A stretch of 64,000 nucleotides of DNA from NCBI GenBank assembly GCA_964406945.1, contig CAYOTO010000001.1:101502-165501 (forward strand), in the 5' to 3' direction. Made by a program: the position numbers and the translations under genes. Shown piece by piece: positions 47,737-55,537 of the stretch (the stretch's first letter is position 1; each line of letters starts with the position of its first letter). Origin of the DNA: an uncultured Pirellulales bacterium. GTDB lineage: Bacteria; Planctomycetota; Phycisphaerae; Sedimentisphaerales; Anaerobacaceae. The notes under the pieces were generated by a model that searched no databases, was not told the DNA's origin, and was given only the letters and a program-made list of their open reading frames with translations.

Positions 47737-47870
47737 AACCACGGATTAGCACGGATTCACACGGATTACTTTCGTTGCTCTTGTGTTAACCACGGATTAT
47801 CACGGAGTGTCACGGATTTGAAACCGCAACACCTGTCAGTTTCCGTGTTAATCCGTGTCAATCCGTGGTT
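47737..47870. repeat. CACGGATT-array hairpin element (three direct plus three inverted copies)
   Basis: AACCACGGATTAGCACGGATTCACACGGATT...CACGGATTATCACGGAGTGTCACGGATTT...GTTAATCCGTGTCAATCCGTGGTT. Confidence 0.85.
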
Positions 47871-50229
47871 CTTTGTACTTTTCACTTTTTGCTTTTGACT
47901 TGTCACGCTGCATGTCGTGATAGCTGTAGAAGGATCCGGCATAGCTGGAAAGTTCTATTGTCTTGCCCGCGACCTTGCGGGCGATCTCTACGCAGCGGCA
48001 ATGGATGATCTCGCCGGCTTCGCCGTTGGGATCGCCGGGGTACATGAGCATGGAGCTGCCGACCTGGAACGGGATGTCGATGTCTATGCCCTCGGCGTAG
48101 CGGACAGCGGCGGCCTTGTGGGTCCGGCGGACGGCATCGTCTTTGCTGTCGACCCAGGACTTTTTTTCGACACCGGCGGATTTGTGGCCCTCGTGGCGGC
48201 CGCTGCCGACGGCTCCGGCCGTCTGGGTGCGGGCTATACCCAGGGCCCGCTTTCGGTTACCGCCCAGTGTGGTCTTGATGCGGTCGGCGAGCTGGTTGAG
48301 TCCCTCGCCGGATTCGAGGCCCCTGCCGAGCTGCTCGGCGATTCGCTTCTGGGTGGTGCGGTTGACCTTCTTGACCTTCTGGCTGCTGATTGTCAGCGAC
48401 CGCTTTATGGCGGGCAGGTTCATGATCCGCTCGGCGGCTTCGTCCAGGGCTTCGGATTCGAGGCCCGCCATCTCGGTGAGGACCTGGCGGGCTCCGAGTT
48501 CGGCGCCCTTTTCGAAGAAGGTGACGTTGATCTTCTTGAGCTTTTCGTCCTCGATCTGCAAATCGAATACCACGCGGCGGACTATGTCGTTCGGGTCCTT
48601 CACCGCTCGGGATTCGGACTCGTAGGCGTCTTTGAGATACTCGATGAGGATCCGCTGCTGGCGGATGAACAGGGTGCGGACGGCCTGGCGGTATTCCCTC
48701 TCGATCGGCTGCCAGGATGCGACCCAGTTCTTCCAGATTCGCAGGCGGATATGCTGGTCGTTCGTGTCGCGGGTCTCGGGTTCGGTTTTGGCGACGGATC
48801 TGTCCTCGCTTTCGCCTTCGGGCAGGCTCTCACCGACGGCCAGTTCCTCGCCGCCTTCGATGGCGGTTTCGGCCGGGACCAGGCCCATGGGCACCAGCCA
48901 GGTATCGCCCCAGGCCACCGGCTGGTACGGCAGGTCGTGGGCGTCTATGACCTGGTTCAGAGGCACGCCGCGTTCGGTGTGCTTGAGGACCTGGTCGGTG
49001 CGGTTGCGGGTGGCGGCGGCGACGGTTGGATGATCGTCGCCGTCGAACCAGGCGAAGACCTCGCGATTGTCGATACTGGCGGCCTTGGCGGCCGTGCGAT
49101 AACCGGCCTTGCGGTGCAGGCCGATGGAGCGTCCGCGATAGGCCTGCGACTGCTTGAGTGTGACGCTGCGGTGATCGCTCTGGAAGAAGCGGCTCAGGAT
49201 GCCGGCGGTGATCTCGGAGGCGAAGGCGCCGGCCAGCGGAAGGATCGTGTTGAAAATGAAATCCTCCTGTGCGGGGCCGTGGCTGTACTGGGCCTCTGTT
49301 ACCAGGCCGACCACGCCGGGCGGCACGCCGAAGGCCGAGCAGATCTTCTTGTCGGACATCTGGGTCAGTTCGGCCACGGCCATATCCACCATGTTCATGG
49401 CCACCGTGTCCAGATCCATGCCGCCGGAGAGAACGGCCGTGCGTTTGGCCTTGTCCGGGCCCTTGTGTCGCGAGTTGAACTGGCTGCGGAGCATTTCGGT
49501 CTGCTCGGGGGTGACTGCGCCGGCGGCCCGCAGAATAATGCCGGGCTCTGCCCCGTTTGCCAGGGCCGAGGCGTTGAACATCGTGGCCGAGTAGCTGTAG
49601 TCGATGTGCAGCCGGGCGGCATCCAGGGGCGAGAGGCCGTGGAACTTATCGTAGGGGTTGTAATTCTTCCACTGATGGACCTCATCCAGGCTCAAACCGA
49701 TGCGGCGGCCGCCGCCGGGGCGGAACTCCCAGCCGGTAAGCTCGCCGTCGGCCCGGCCGGTGGAGGTGATCGGGTACATCTGGGTGCCGGAAATTACCTG
49801 GACCGATCGGGGCCGACCGCCGGGCGGGTCGAAGACCCAGAAGACATCGCCGCTAATCAGAAAATGCCCTATGGTCTCGGTCACGAACTTGACCCAGCTC
49901 ATCAGCGGGTTGCGATAGAGGACGTCCCAGGCGGGTCCGGACTCGATGATGCGGTCGTCGGCGGTGCTGAGGACCAAGGGCAGGCCCTTTATGGTGGTGA
50001 GGATCTTGTTTATGCAGGTGTACACCAGGGCCACCTGCTTGTATGGCCGGTCCGAGTGGCCGCCTTTGGCCAGGCCGTCGACGTCTTCGCCGGCGATGAA
50101 CAGCCTCGCGTACTGGCTGGTTGTCAGGCTCTTGGCGGTAGCCCGGGCGGCGACGCCCTCGTACCAGGCGTCGGCCGCTTTGAGCGACTGGGCCGCCTGT
50201 TCAGTTGTCAATCTCTGTGCGGTGCTCAC
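47848..50229 (-). CDS. portal protein (HK97-type) fused to a Mu F-like head-morphogenesis domain
   Basis: GGAGG RBS plus GTG 50229 overlapping the TerL stop (GTGA). Portal region ...NASALANGAEPGIIL...SGGMDLDTV.... C-terminal ARTQTAGAVG...KSWVDSKDDAVRRTHKAA...PGDPNGEAGEIIHCRCVE is the Phage_Mu_F signature. The upstream 214 codons of ORF 47848..50871 are rejected. Confidence 0.8.
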   Translation of the reverse strand: MSTAQRLTTEQAAQSLKAADAWYEGVAARATAKSLTTSQYARLFIAGEDVDGLAKGGHSDRPYKQVALVYTCINKILTTIKGLPLVLSTADDRIIESGPAWDVLYRNPLMSWVKFVTETIGHFLISGDVFWVFDPPGGRPRSVQVISGTQMYPITSTGRADGELTGWEFRPGGGRRIGLSLDEVHQWKNYNPYDKFHGLSPLDAARLHIDYSYSATMFNASALANGAEPGIILRAAGAVTPEQTEMLRSQFNSRHKGPDKAKRTAVLSGGMDLDTVAMNMVDMAVAELTQMSDKKICSAFGVPPGVVGLVTEAQYSHGPAQEDFIFNTILPLAGAFASEITAGILSRFFQSDHRSVTLKQSQAYRGRSIGLHRKAGYRTAAKAASIDNREVFAWFDGDDHPTVAAATRNRTDQVLKHTERGVPLNQVIDAHDLPYQPVAWGDTWLVPMGLVPAETAIEGGEELAVGESLPEGESEDRSVAKTEPETRDTNDQHIRLRIWKNWVASWQPIEREYRQAVRTLFIRQQRILIEYLKDAYESESRAVKDPNDIVRRVVFDLQIEDEKLKKINVTFFEKGAELGARQVLTEMAGLESEALDEAAERIMNLPAIKRSLTISSQKVKKVNRTTQKRIAEQLGRGLESGEGLNQLADRIKTTLGGNRKRALGIARTQTAGAVGSGRHEGHKSAGVEKKSWVDSKDDAVRRTHKAAAVRYAEGIDIDIPFQVGSSMLMYPGDPNGEAGEIIHCRCVEIARKVAGKTIELSSYAGSFYSYHDMQRDKSKAKSEKYKEPRIDTD

Positions 50230-51515
50230 AGAATAATTACCTCCGGTTGGGCTCCCAGGTCGCTGGCTGTCAGGCACAGGGCCCCGGCCCAGAATCTGTC
50301 GGCGTGGCCGTCTTTGGTTCGCTCGGCGTCGAACCGGATATTGCCGGCCGCCGTGGTTGTCTTCTTTACGCTGTGCAGGTCGTTGCGGAGCGTCTGGTCG
50401 ACGGGGATCCGCAGCAGGCGGTCCTCGACGGTTCGGCGCATCCGCGTCGCCATATCGTTTTTGGTTTTGGCGGTGAACTCCACCGCCTCGGCCCGGTAGG
50501 TGCCGAACCGCTCGACCGTCTCCTCGGCCAGTTGGGCGCCCAGGCCGGTTGCGTCGATGCAGACGCGGGTGGCTTTGGTCCCGGTGATGACCTCCCACAG
50601 TCGCTCCCGCTGGACCCTGAAGGGCTGTCTTGTAAGGCGAAGGATCAGGGGTGTCCAGAAGACGTCGCCGAGCTGCTGGAGGATCCAGATGATCGTGTGG
50701 TCTCGCTTGCGGCCGATATCGACGCCGATGTAGACCGCACCGTCTTTGTCGAGCCGGAGCATGGACGGCTCGAAAGTCTCGTGTGTGACTTCGGGACGCA
50801 GTTGGTCGGTCTCGCAGGCGGCGATCATCTCGTAGGTCAAAAAGGCGGTGGCTTCGTCCAGGAACTTGCACAGGAACTCCTGCTCCCAGGCATCTTCGTC
50901 GCCGATGGCCTTCTGGAGTGCTTCAATGTCATGGGGGACGCCGTCTTTGACGGCCTGGTAGATGTCTACGAAGTGCTTACTGAAGCCGTTGTCGTCGCCG
51001 GTGAAGACCTGGTAGAACTTGTTCTGCTTGCCCTGGGGAGTCGATACCACGCGGAGCTTGAAGCCGCGAGAGACTGTCGGGAACAGTGCCTTCCAGATCG
51101 CATAGGTGTCACGGTGGAAGGCGAACTCATCCAGCGTGCCGTTGCCGGTGAAGCCTCGCGCGGTCGAGGGGTTGGCGGGCAGCCCGATGATCCTGGCGCC
51201 GTTATTGAGACCGACGCTTAGCTGCTTGTACTCATTGCCGTCGTCGTCGCGGTAGCGGTCCTCCTCGATGGCCGAAGCCGCCACAGAGACGGCCTTGCAG
51301 TGCATCTTGACCTTCTCCATGAGCTCGCGACTCTGGCGTTCGCCTGCGCTGAGCATGATCTCATTGACGGCCGTCTCGGCGGCGGTTAAGACCGCGTCCA
51401 ACGCAATCATGAAACTCTTGCCGCCCTGGCGGGTGACGCACGCCGTCTTGAACCGATTCTTGTCGGCTATCCATCGCCTCTGAAACCCGTATAGTGGTAC
51501 GGCCGGTGCTACCAT
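50226..51515 (-). CDS. terminase large subunit (Mu gp28-like)
   Basis: LYGFQRRWIADKNRFKTACVTRQGGKSF (Walker A-like RQxGKS), LDEFAF Walker B-like, C-terminal nuclease region. Confidence 0.85.
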   Translation of the reverse strand: MVAPAVPLYGFQRRWIADKNRFKTACVTRQGGKSFMIALDAVLTAAETAVNEIMLSAGERQSRELMEKVKMHCKAVSVAASAIEEDRYRDDDGNEYKQLSVGLNNGARIIGLPANPSTARGFTGNGTLDEFAFHRDTYAIWKALFPTVSRGFKLRVVSTPQGKQNKFYQVFTGDDNGFSKHFVDIYQAVKDGVPHDIEALQKAIGDEDAWEQEFLCKFLDEATAFLTYEMIAACETDQLRPEVTHETFEPSMLRLDKDGAVYIGVDIGRKRDHTIIWILQQLGDVFWTPLILRLTRQPFRVQRERLWEVITGTKATRVCIDATGLGAQLAEETVERFGTYRAEAVEFTAKTKNDMATRMRRTVEDRLLRIPVDQTLRNDLHSVKKTTTAAGNIRFDAERTKDGHADRFWAGALCLTASDLGAQPEVIIL

Positions 51516-52078
51516 CAGGTATAAATCCCGTAGATCTGTTCGCGGATAATCTTCATGGTCTCGGCGTCGATGCCCTTGCGGCCGGCGACCTTCTTCTCGA
51601 TGTTCTTGGCGGCCTTCTGAGCCTTGGCCTTGACCTGCTCTCGGTTGTACTTATCGACCTTGAGGCTGATCGAGGCGCAGTCGCGGATGGCCTGGGATAC
51701 TTCCTTGAGCTGCTTGGCCGAGTAGTCGTCGTGGCTGGTCATGAACTCCAGGGAGAGGGCCGTGGCCATCTCGGCGGCGGCCTTCTGAATGCGGCCGGCG
51801 TTCTCATCTGTCATGTGGCTCATCGTCTCGGCGGCTATCAGGCCGGCGGTCTTCATGCGGGTGATCGCCCTTAGCTGCATGGCCCACCGCCCCACCGCCG
51901 AATGACTCACCGGATGGCCGCAGTGCAGGCAGTAGTCGACCAGGTCGTCATAGGTCGGCTTGCCCTTATGTGAGCCGGGCCAGTCGCTGGGCCAGGAGCC
52001 GTCGACCACCATGGCCGTGAGGGTATCCCGCAGGCCCTTGGGCAGCTTGTCGATCGTGCTGTGCGTGCGTCTGGCCAT
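51515..52078 (-). CDS. terminase small subunit, Mu gp27-like (DUF3486)
   Basis: MARRTHSTIDKLPKGLRDTLTAMVVDG...TYDDLVDYCLHCGHPVSHSAVGRWAM matches the DUF3486 N-terminal pattern. Its stop overlaps the TerL start. Confidence 0.7.
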   Translation of the reverse strand: MARRTHSTIDKLPKGLRDTLTAMVVDGSWPSDWPGSHKGKPTYDDLVDYCLHCGHPVSHSAVGRWAMQLRAITRMKTAGLIAAETMSHMTDENAGRIQKAAAEMATALSLEFMTSHDDYSAKQLKEVSQAIRDCASISLKVDKYNREQVKAKAQKAAKNIEKKVAGRKGIDAETMKIIREQIYGIYT

Positions 52079-52111
52079 TGTTTCGTATCGCGTATGTCGT
52101 ATTGCGTTGTT

Positions 52112-52145
52112 AACCACGGATTAACGCGGATTTACACGGATTCAC
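52112..52145. repeat. half CACGGATT array
   Basis: AACCACGGATTAACGCGGATTTACACGGATTCAC, preceded by a CGTAT-periodic stretch. Confidence 0.8.
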
Positions 52146-52148
52146 TTT

Positions 52149-52454
52149 CTAGATTTCCAGGGCCGGGTCGGTTGCGGTGCCTTCGGCGATCTCCTTGCCG
52201 GCGGCGGTGAGCTTGACGACCTTGTCTTCGAAGGCGGCCGCCCCGCCGAGAACGTCGTCGCTGAACTCGATGTACTTCTTGGCCTTGAAATAGTGGATGT
52301 CCTTCTGGAAGTAGCTCTGCGAGTAGGTCGGATCGTCGCAGACGGTGCGGTAGAGCGTCCGCAACGTCACCGGCTGGGGGTAGAACAGGTTCAGGTTGGT
52401 GAGGACGCGGCCCCGGGCCTGCTTGATTTTGATCGCTTCGAGTCGTCTATCCAT
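52149..52454 (-). CDS. small phage protein of unknown function
   Basis: MDRRLEAIKIKQARGRVLTNLNLFYPQPVTLRTLYRTV..., 102 aa, upstream of the small terminase. Confidence 0.45.
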   Translation of the reverse strand: MDRRLEAIKIKQARGRVLTNLNLFYPQPVTLRTLYRTVCDDPTYSQSYFQKDIHYFKAKKYIEFSDDVLGGAAAFEDKVVKLTAAGKEIAEGTATDPALEI

Positions 52455-52824
52455 TGCGTGTGTCTCCCTCGTGCAGTTCCTTGACAACGGCCCGGACCAC
52501 GCCGCCCACCACTTCCGGGATCTTGTTCATGACGTTCAGGCTGGTCTCGACACGGCACATCGTGGCGGTAAGTTCCTTGATCTCCTTGCGGGTGTAGCCC
52601 TCGGAGCGGACCCAGTCTTCCTTGCTGACGGTGTTGCGGTCGCAATCGACCTTGCAGGCGGCCATCTTATCCTTGAGCGTCTCGATCTTGACATCCTGGC
52701 GGTCGACCTTGCCGGTCATCGTTTGGACGTCCGCCTTGAGCGACTTGAAAGTGTACAGGACAAGGCCGCTGAGCGTAGCGGCCATGCCCGATATGATGAT
52801 TACTGCGACGTCGGCTGCCGACAT
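52447..52824 (-). CDS. single-TM coiled-coil protein, Mu gp25 (DUF2730)-like
   Basis: N-terminal TM AADVAVIIISGMAATLSGLVLY followed by a coiled coil (KADVQTMTGKVDRQDVKIETLKDKM). Position upstream of the terminase genes as in Mu. Confidence 0.45.
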   Translation of the reverse strand: MSAADVAVIIISGMAATLSGLVLYTFKSLKADVQTMTGKVDRQDVKIETLKDKMAACKVDCDRNTVSKEDWVRSEGYTRKEIKELTATMCRVETSLNVMNKIPEVVGGVVRAVVKELHEGDTRNG

Positions 52825-53391
52825 TTAGGCCCCCTTCTTCAGCTCGCTTACGTGTGCGGCGGTCTGCGACGACTGTGCGGACCGCTGGGCGGCCTTGAAC
52901 TTTTCGATCTCCTCGGGGCCGGCCTGGGCCTTGAAAAGCTCGGAGCCTCGCACAACATCCTGGAGGGCCTTGCTCTTGGACCGGAGGGTGCTCAGGCCCT
53001 GGGCGGCCCTTACTCCGAAGCCGCCGCCGATAATACCGGCGATGGCGATGCCGATTCCGATAGCCTCGTCGGCGACGGCCCAGGGATCGGGCCGCTGGAC
53101 GGCGTCCTGGGCGGCGGTGGCGTTTTCAGTGTCGAAAACTGCGATATCCGGGGGCGATGCCGGACGTCCGATATAAGCGAGATTAGTACGAGTGCCGTCG
53201 ACGAGCTTGCGGGTGGCCGGGCTGGCGGCCTGGGCGCCTTCGGCGTCGACCACCACGGCGAGATCGTGGGTCAGTTCCGCGACGTTCTTCTGGGCCTCGG
53301 TCGGTGCGAATCTGAGTGTGGAATCGCAGCCGGAGAAGCTGCAGAGCAGAAAAAAGCAGAACAGGGGGATGAGGATTAGTTTGGCACGCAT
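52825..53391 (-). CDS. lipoprotein with a C-proximal TM helix (unimolecular-spanin-like topology)
   Basis: MRAKLILIPLFCFFLLCSFSGC lipobox. Later hydrophobic helix AIGIGIAIAGIIGGGFGV. Confidence 0.5.
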   Translation of the reverse strand: MRAKLILIPLFCFFLLCSFSGCDSTLRFAPTEAQKNVAELTHDLAVVVDAEGAQAASPATRKLVDGTRTNLAYIGRPASPPDIAVFDTENATAAQDAVQRPDPWAVADEAIGIGIAIAGIIGGGFGVRAAQGLSTLRSKSKALQDVVRGSELFKAQAGPEEIEKFKAAQRSAQSSQTAAHVSELKKGA

Positions 53392-53598
53392 GGCGAATTC
53401 CTTTCGCAATCTGAGGCTGTCGTCCCTGATTTCAGGCGTGCGCAAACAAAACGCCCGCCACAAAGGTCGAACGCACCTCAGCAGGCGGGCTGATAAAACT
53501 AACCCGTTTCGCAGGTGGTAGGACACCGGCGAGAATCGATTGTCAAGGGGGATTATCGGGCAAGGAGGGGCTGTGTCAATAAAAAAAGAGAGTATTTT

Positions 53599-54207
53599 TT
53601 AATAAATCGTGATTGTAATACGCGACCGTTCCAAGTCTACCTTCGGGAAAAGCGGGTCGGGGACCCAGCAAATGCTGCCCGCTTGCCGGGGTGCTGCGGA
53701 GTTCGGGAAGCTTGCGGGCTCGGGAGGGAAGCGGCGAACCATCACCCCGTGGGCGTCCCGTAATTCGATGGTATAATGCCCGTAAACCCAGTCATGCGTG
53801 GAATTTTCTACCCAGGCTGTCCAGGCAATGGCCTGGCCGCTGTGGCCTAGAGCGTTAGAAAGATCTTCGCGGTGCTGAAACTCATACTTGGTGAGGATTA
53901 CATTGCCGGAGGCCGGGCGGACAGGCCTGAGAAACAGGTGAGCGTAAAGCAGCAGGGAAAGCGCGAGGGCGGCGATGACGCCGCAGGTGGCTAAAAATGC
54001 GGTGCGGAAGGCCAGGGGACACCCATACCACAGCTTCCCAACGAGACTGCCGCTGAATCGAGCGACCTTACCAGGGACGGCCAGCGGCGGCCGCCGGTAG
54101 CGTGCCGCAAGAAATACTTGCTTGCACACGGGGCACTTGATGGGGCGGCCTTCATACGTACCGGGGGCCTTGAAGAAACTCTGGCAGTGAGGGCAATGGA
54201 TCTTCAT
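53599..54207 (-). CDS. MJ0042-type zinc-ribbon membrane protein (DUF3426-like layout)
   Basis: MKIHCPHCQSFFKAPGTYEGRPIKCPVCKQVF, then TM FLATCGVIAALALSLLLYA, then a beta-rich C-domain. Confidence 0.55.
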   Translation of the reverse strand: MKIHCPHCQSFFKAPGTYEGRPIKCPVCKQVFLAARYRRPPLAVPGKVARFSGSLVGKLWYGCPLAFRTAFLATCGVIAALALSLLLYAHLFLRPVRPASGNVILTKYEFQHREDLSNALGHSGQAIAWTAWVENSTHDWVYGHYTIELRDAHGVMVRRFPPEPASFPNSAAPRQAGSICWVPDPLFPKVDLERSRITITIY

Positions 54208-54266
54208 AACGGCCACTCCCGTTTTTGCGTTTATTTTTTGTGGGCAGCAAAGCCCGCTTTCATAAC

Positions 54267-54294
54267 AGCTTACAGTCGCAGGCAGACGTGTCAA
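54267..54294 (-). promoter_or_regulatory. candidate promoter of the leftward late/structural arm
   Basis: Minus strand: T-tract, TTGACA, 16-nt spacer, TAAGCT, about 60 nt upstream of ATG 54207. Confidence 0.3.
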
Positions 54295-54468
54295 GGAAAA
54301 AAACAGTTGCACTGGGCGGTAGTCTGGGCGTATAAGGGGGCGAGCTGCCAGTTGCGATTAAAACGAAGCGAGTCGCGGAAACCGCAGCAAGGCAGCGAGG
54401 GAACTCCACAGGGGGGAGTTAGGACGCAACAGGGATGGCAAGCAAGGATTGCAGGGGCGGCAACTTGA

Positions 54469-54774
54469 TCAGTCGGCATCATCTTTCACCGGCATTTCTG
54501 GCGGGTTACTTAGTCGGGCTCTCAGCCCAAGTTCGAGTCCTCGGCGGAAATCGTCCCAAAAAGCCGGATCAACGGCGGGGCGGCCTTTCGCCTCAACGCG
54601 GGCCCACTCTCGAATCTGGGCGGGGAGATACTGCCAGATAACAAGTGCACCAGCGCAATCCTCTTGAGCGAGGTTGCCTTTTTCGGCACAGAACTCGACG
54701 AAAGACTCCTTGACTTCCGGCGGAATGGGCCAGCCGGCGGTTACTTTATCCTTCTTTTTGCTCATTGGGCCCAT
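54469..54774 (-). CDS. small leftward protein at the divergent switch (regulator candidate)
   Basis: 101-aa ORF with good coding character (MGPMSKKKDKVTAGWPIPPEVKESFVEFCAEKG...). No motif I can name. Confidence 0.5.
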   Translation of the reverse strand: MGPMSKKKDKVTAGWPIPPEVKESFVEFCAEKGNLAQEDCAGALVIWQYLPAQIREWARVEAKGRPAVDPAFWDDFRRGLELGLRARLSNPPEMPVKDDAD

Positions 54775-54789
54775 TTTCTAAATCTTTGT

Positions 54790-54889
54790 ATATTACGCAA
54801 TTACATAATTTCTCTAACGTATTTGAGAAATTCCTCTAAAATTATATTGACGGTTGCCGATAAAGGCGTTAGTGTTACTTAGTAGTAAC
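54790..54889. promoter_or_regulatory. AT-rich divergent promoter/operator region
   Basis: Rightward TTGACG (54847-52), 17 nt, TAGTGT (54870-75). Leftward -10 TAATAT (54790-95 on minus). Inverted repeats AATTTCTC-n10-GAGAAATT (54807-54832) and GTTACT-tagt-AGTAAC (54874-54889), the latter overlapping the rightward -10/+1. Confidence 0.5.
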
Positions 54890-54915
54890 GAGTGAACGGT
54901 TTCCGGAGCGATATC

Positions 54916-55119
54916 ATGGCCAGACCCGTAAGGGCAATAATCTTCGAGCAGCGGCGGAAGGTGGACAGGCCCGTAATGGCCCTGCTTAACGCGGTCGCAG
55001 AGCAGACCCCCTGTGACGACGCGACCGGCATTGCACGGCGACTGCTGCATCAGGCTCTCCTGGACCATATTGACAGATACGATCTTCACGCGAACGTACC
55101 TCAGCCGGGTGTCGGCTGA
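54916..55119 (+). CDS. small rightward protein at the switch (Ner/Cro-position)
   Basis: 67 aa from ATG 54916 (GGAG 9 nt upstream). The stop is embedded in a terminator hairpin. Confidence 0.45.
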   Translation: MARPVRAIIFEQRRKVDRPVMALLNAVAEQTPCDDATGIARRLLHQALLDHIDRYDLHANVPQPGVG

Positions 55120-55127
55120 GGCTTTTG
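55099..55127 (+). terminator. rho-independent terminator
   Basis: CCTCAGCCG-ggtgt-CGGCTGAGG followed by CTTTTG. Confidence 0.65.
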
Positions 55128-55295
55128 ATAACCCCCGGCGGGGTAGGGCCCGCCGGGCTCGTGAGCAAGCGGGATCCATCCCGAGAAATGAATAGCGGAG
55201 TATAAAGCAGTAAATGGACAGTGTCAAGAACAAAATTCGCAACGTCTCGCCGAGGGAAAACTTCCGCTTTGCTGCTTTAGTACTACTCGTCATTG

Positions 55296-55332
55296 CCGCT
55301 GCCGCTCTGGCCGGGCGGCAGCGGTCATTTTT
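55296..55332 (+). terminator. terminator-like hairpin
   Basis: CCGCTGCCGC-tctggccgg-GCGGCAGCGG followed by TCATTTTT. Confidence 0.55.
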
Positions 55333-55495
55333 GCCTCTTAGCGGCTCGCCAGCCGCTTTCGGATCGGTGGGTCTCTCCCCCCAGCCCGCCGATCCCATCT
55401 CTAGAAGACGTGATGTGCGGGGCGATTGCCCCGCGACCCTCCTCCTTATGGCTCCGGCAGCGAGGCTGCCGGGCCTGTTATCATACATCCGTGAT

Positions 55496-55537
55496 ACGGG
55501 CCGTTCGCTCCGCGAGACGGGCGGCCCGTTTGTTTAT
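55496..55537 (+). terminator. terminator-like hairpin abutting the tRNA
   Basis: ACGGGCCG...CGGCCCGT followed by TTGTTTATT. Confidence 0.5.

Noticed and set aside
50230-50871. N-terminal 214 codons of the 1007-aa ORF 47848..50871
   Set aside because: They overlap TerL in another frame and are Arg/Pro-rich. A GGAGG RBS and a GTG that overlaps the TerL stop at 50229 give a sensible portal start.
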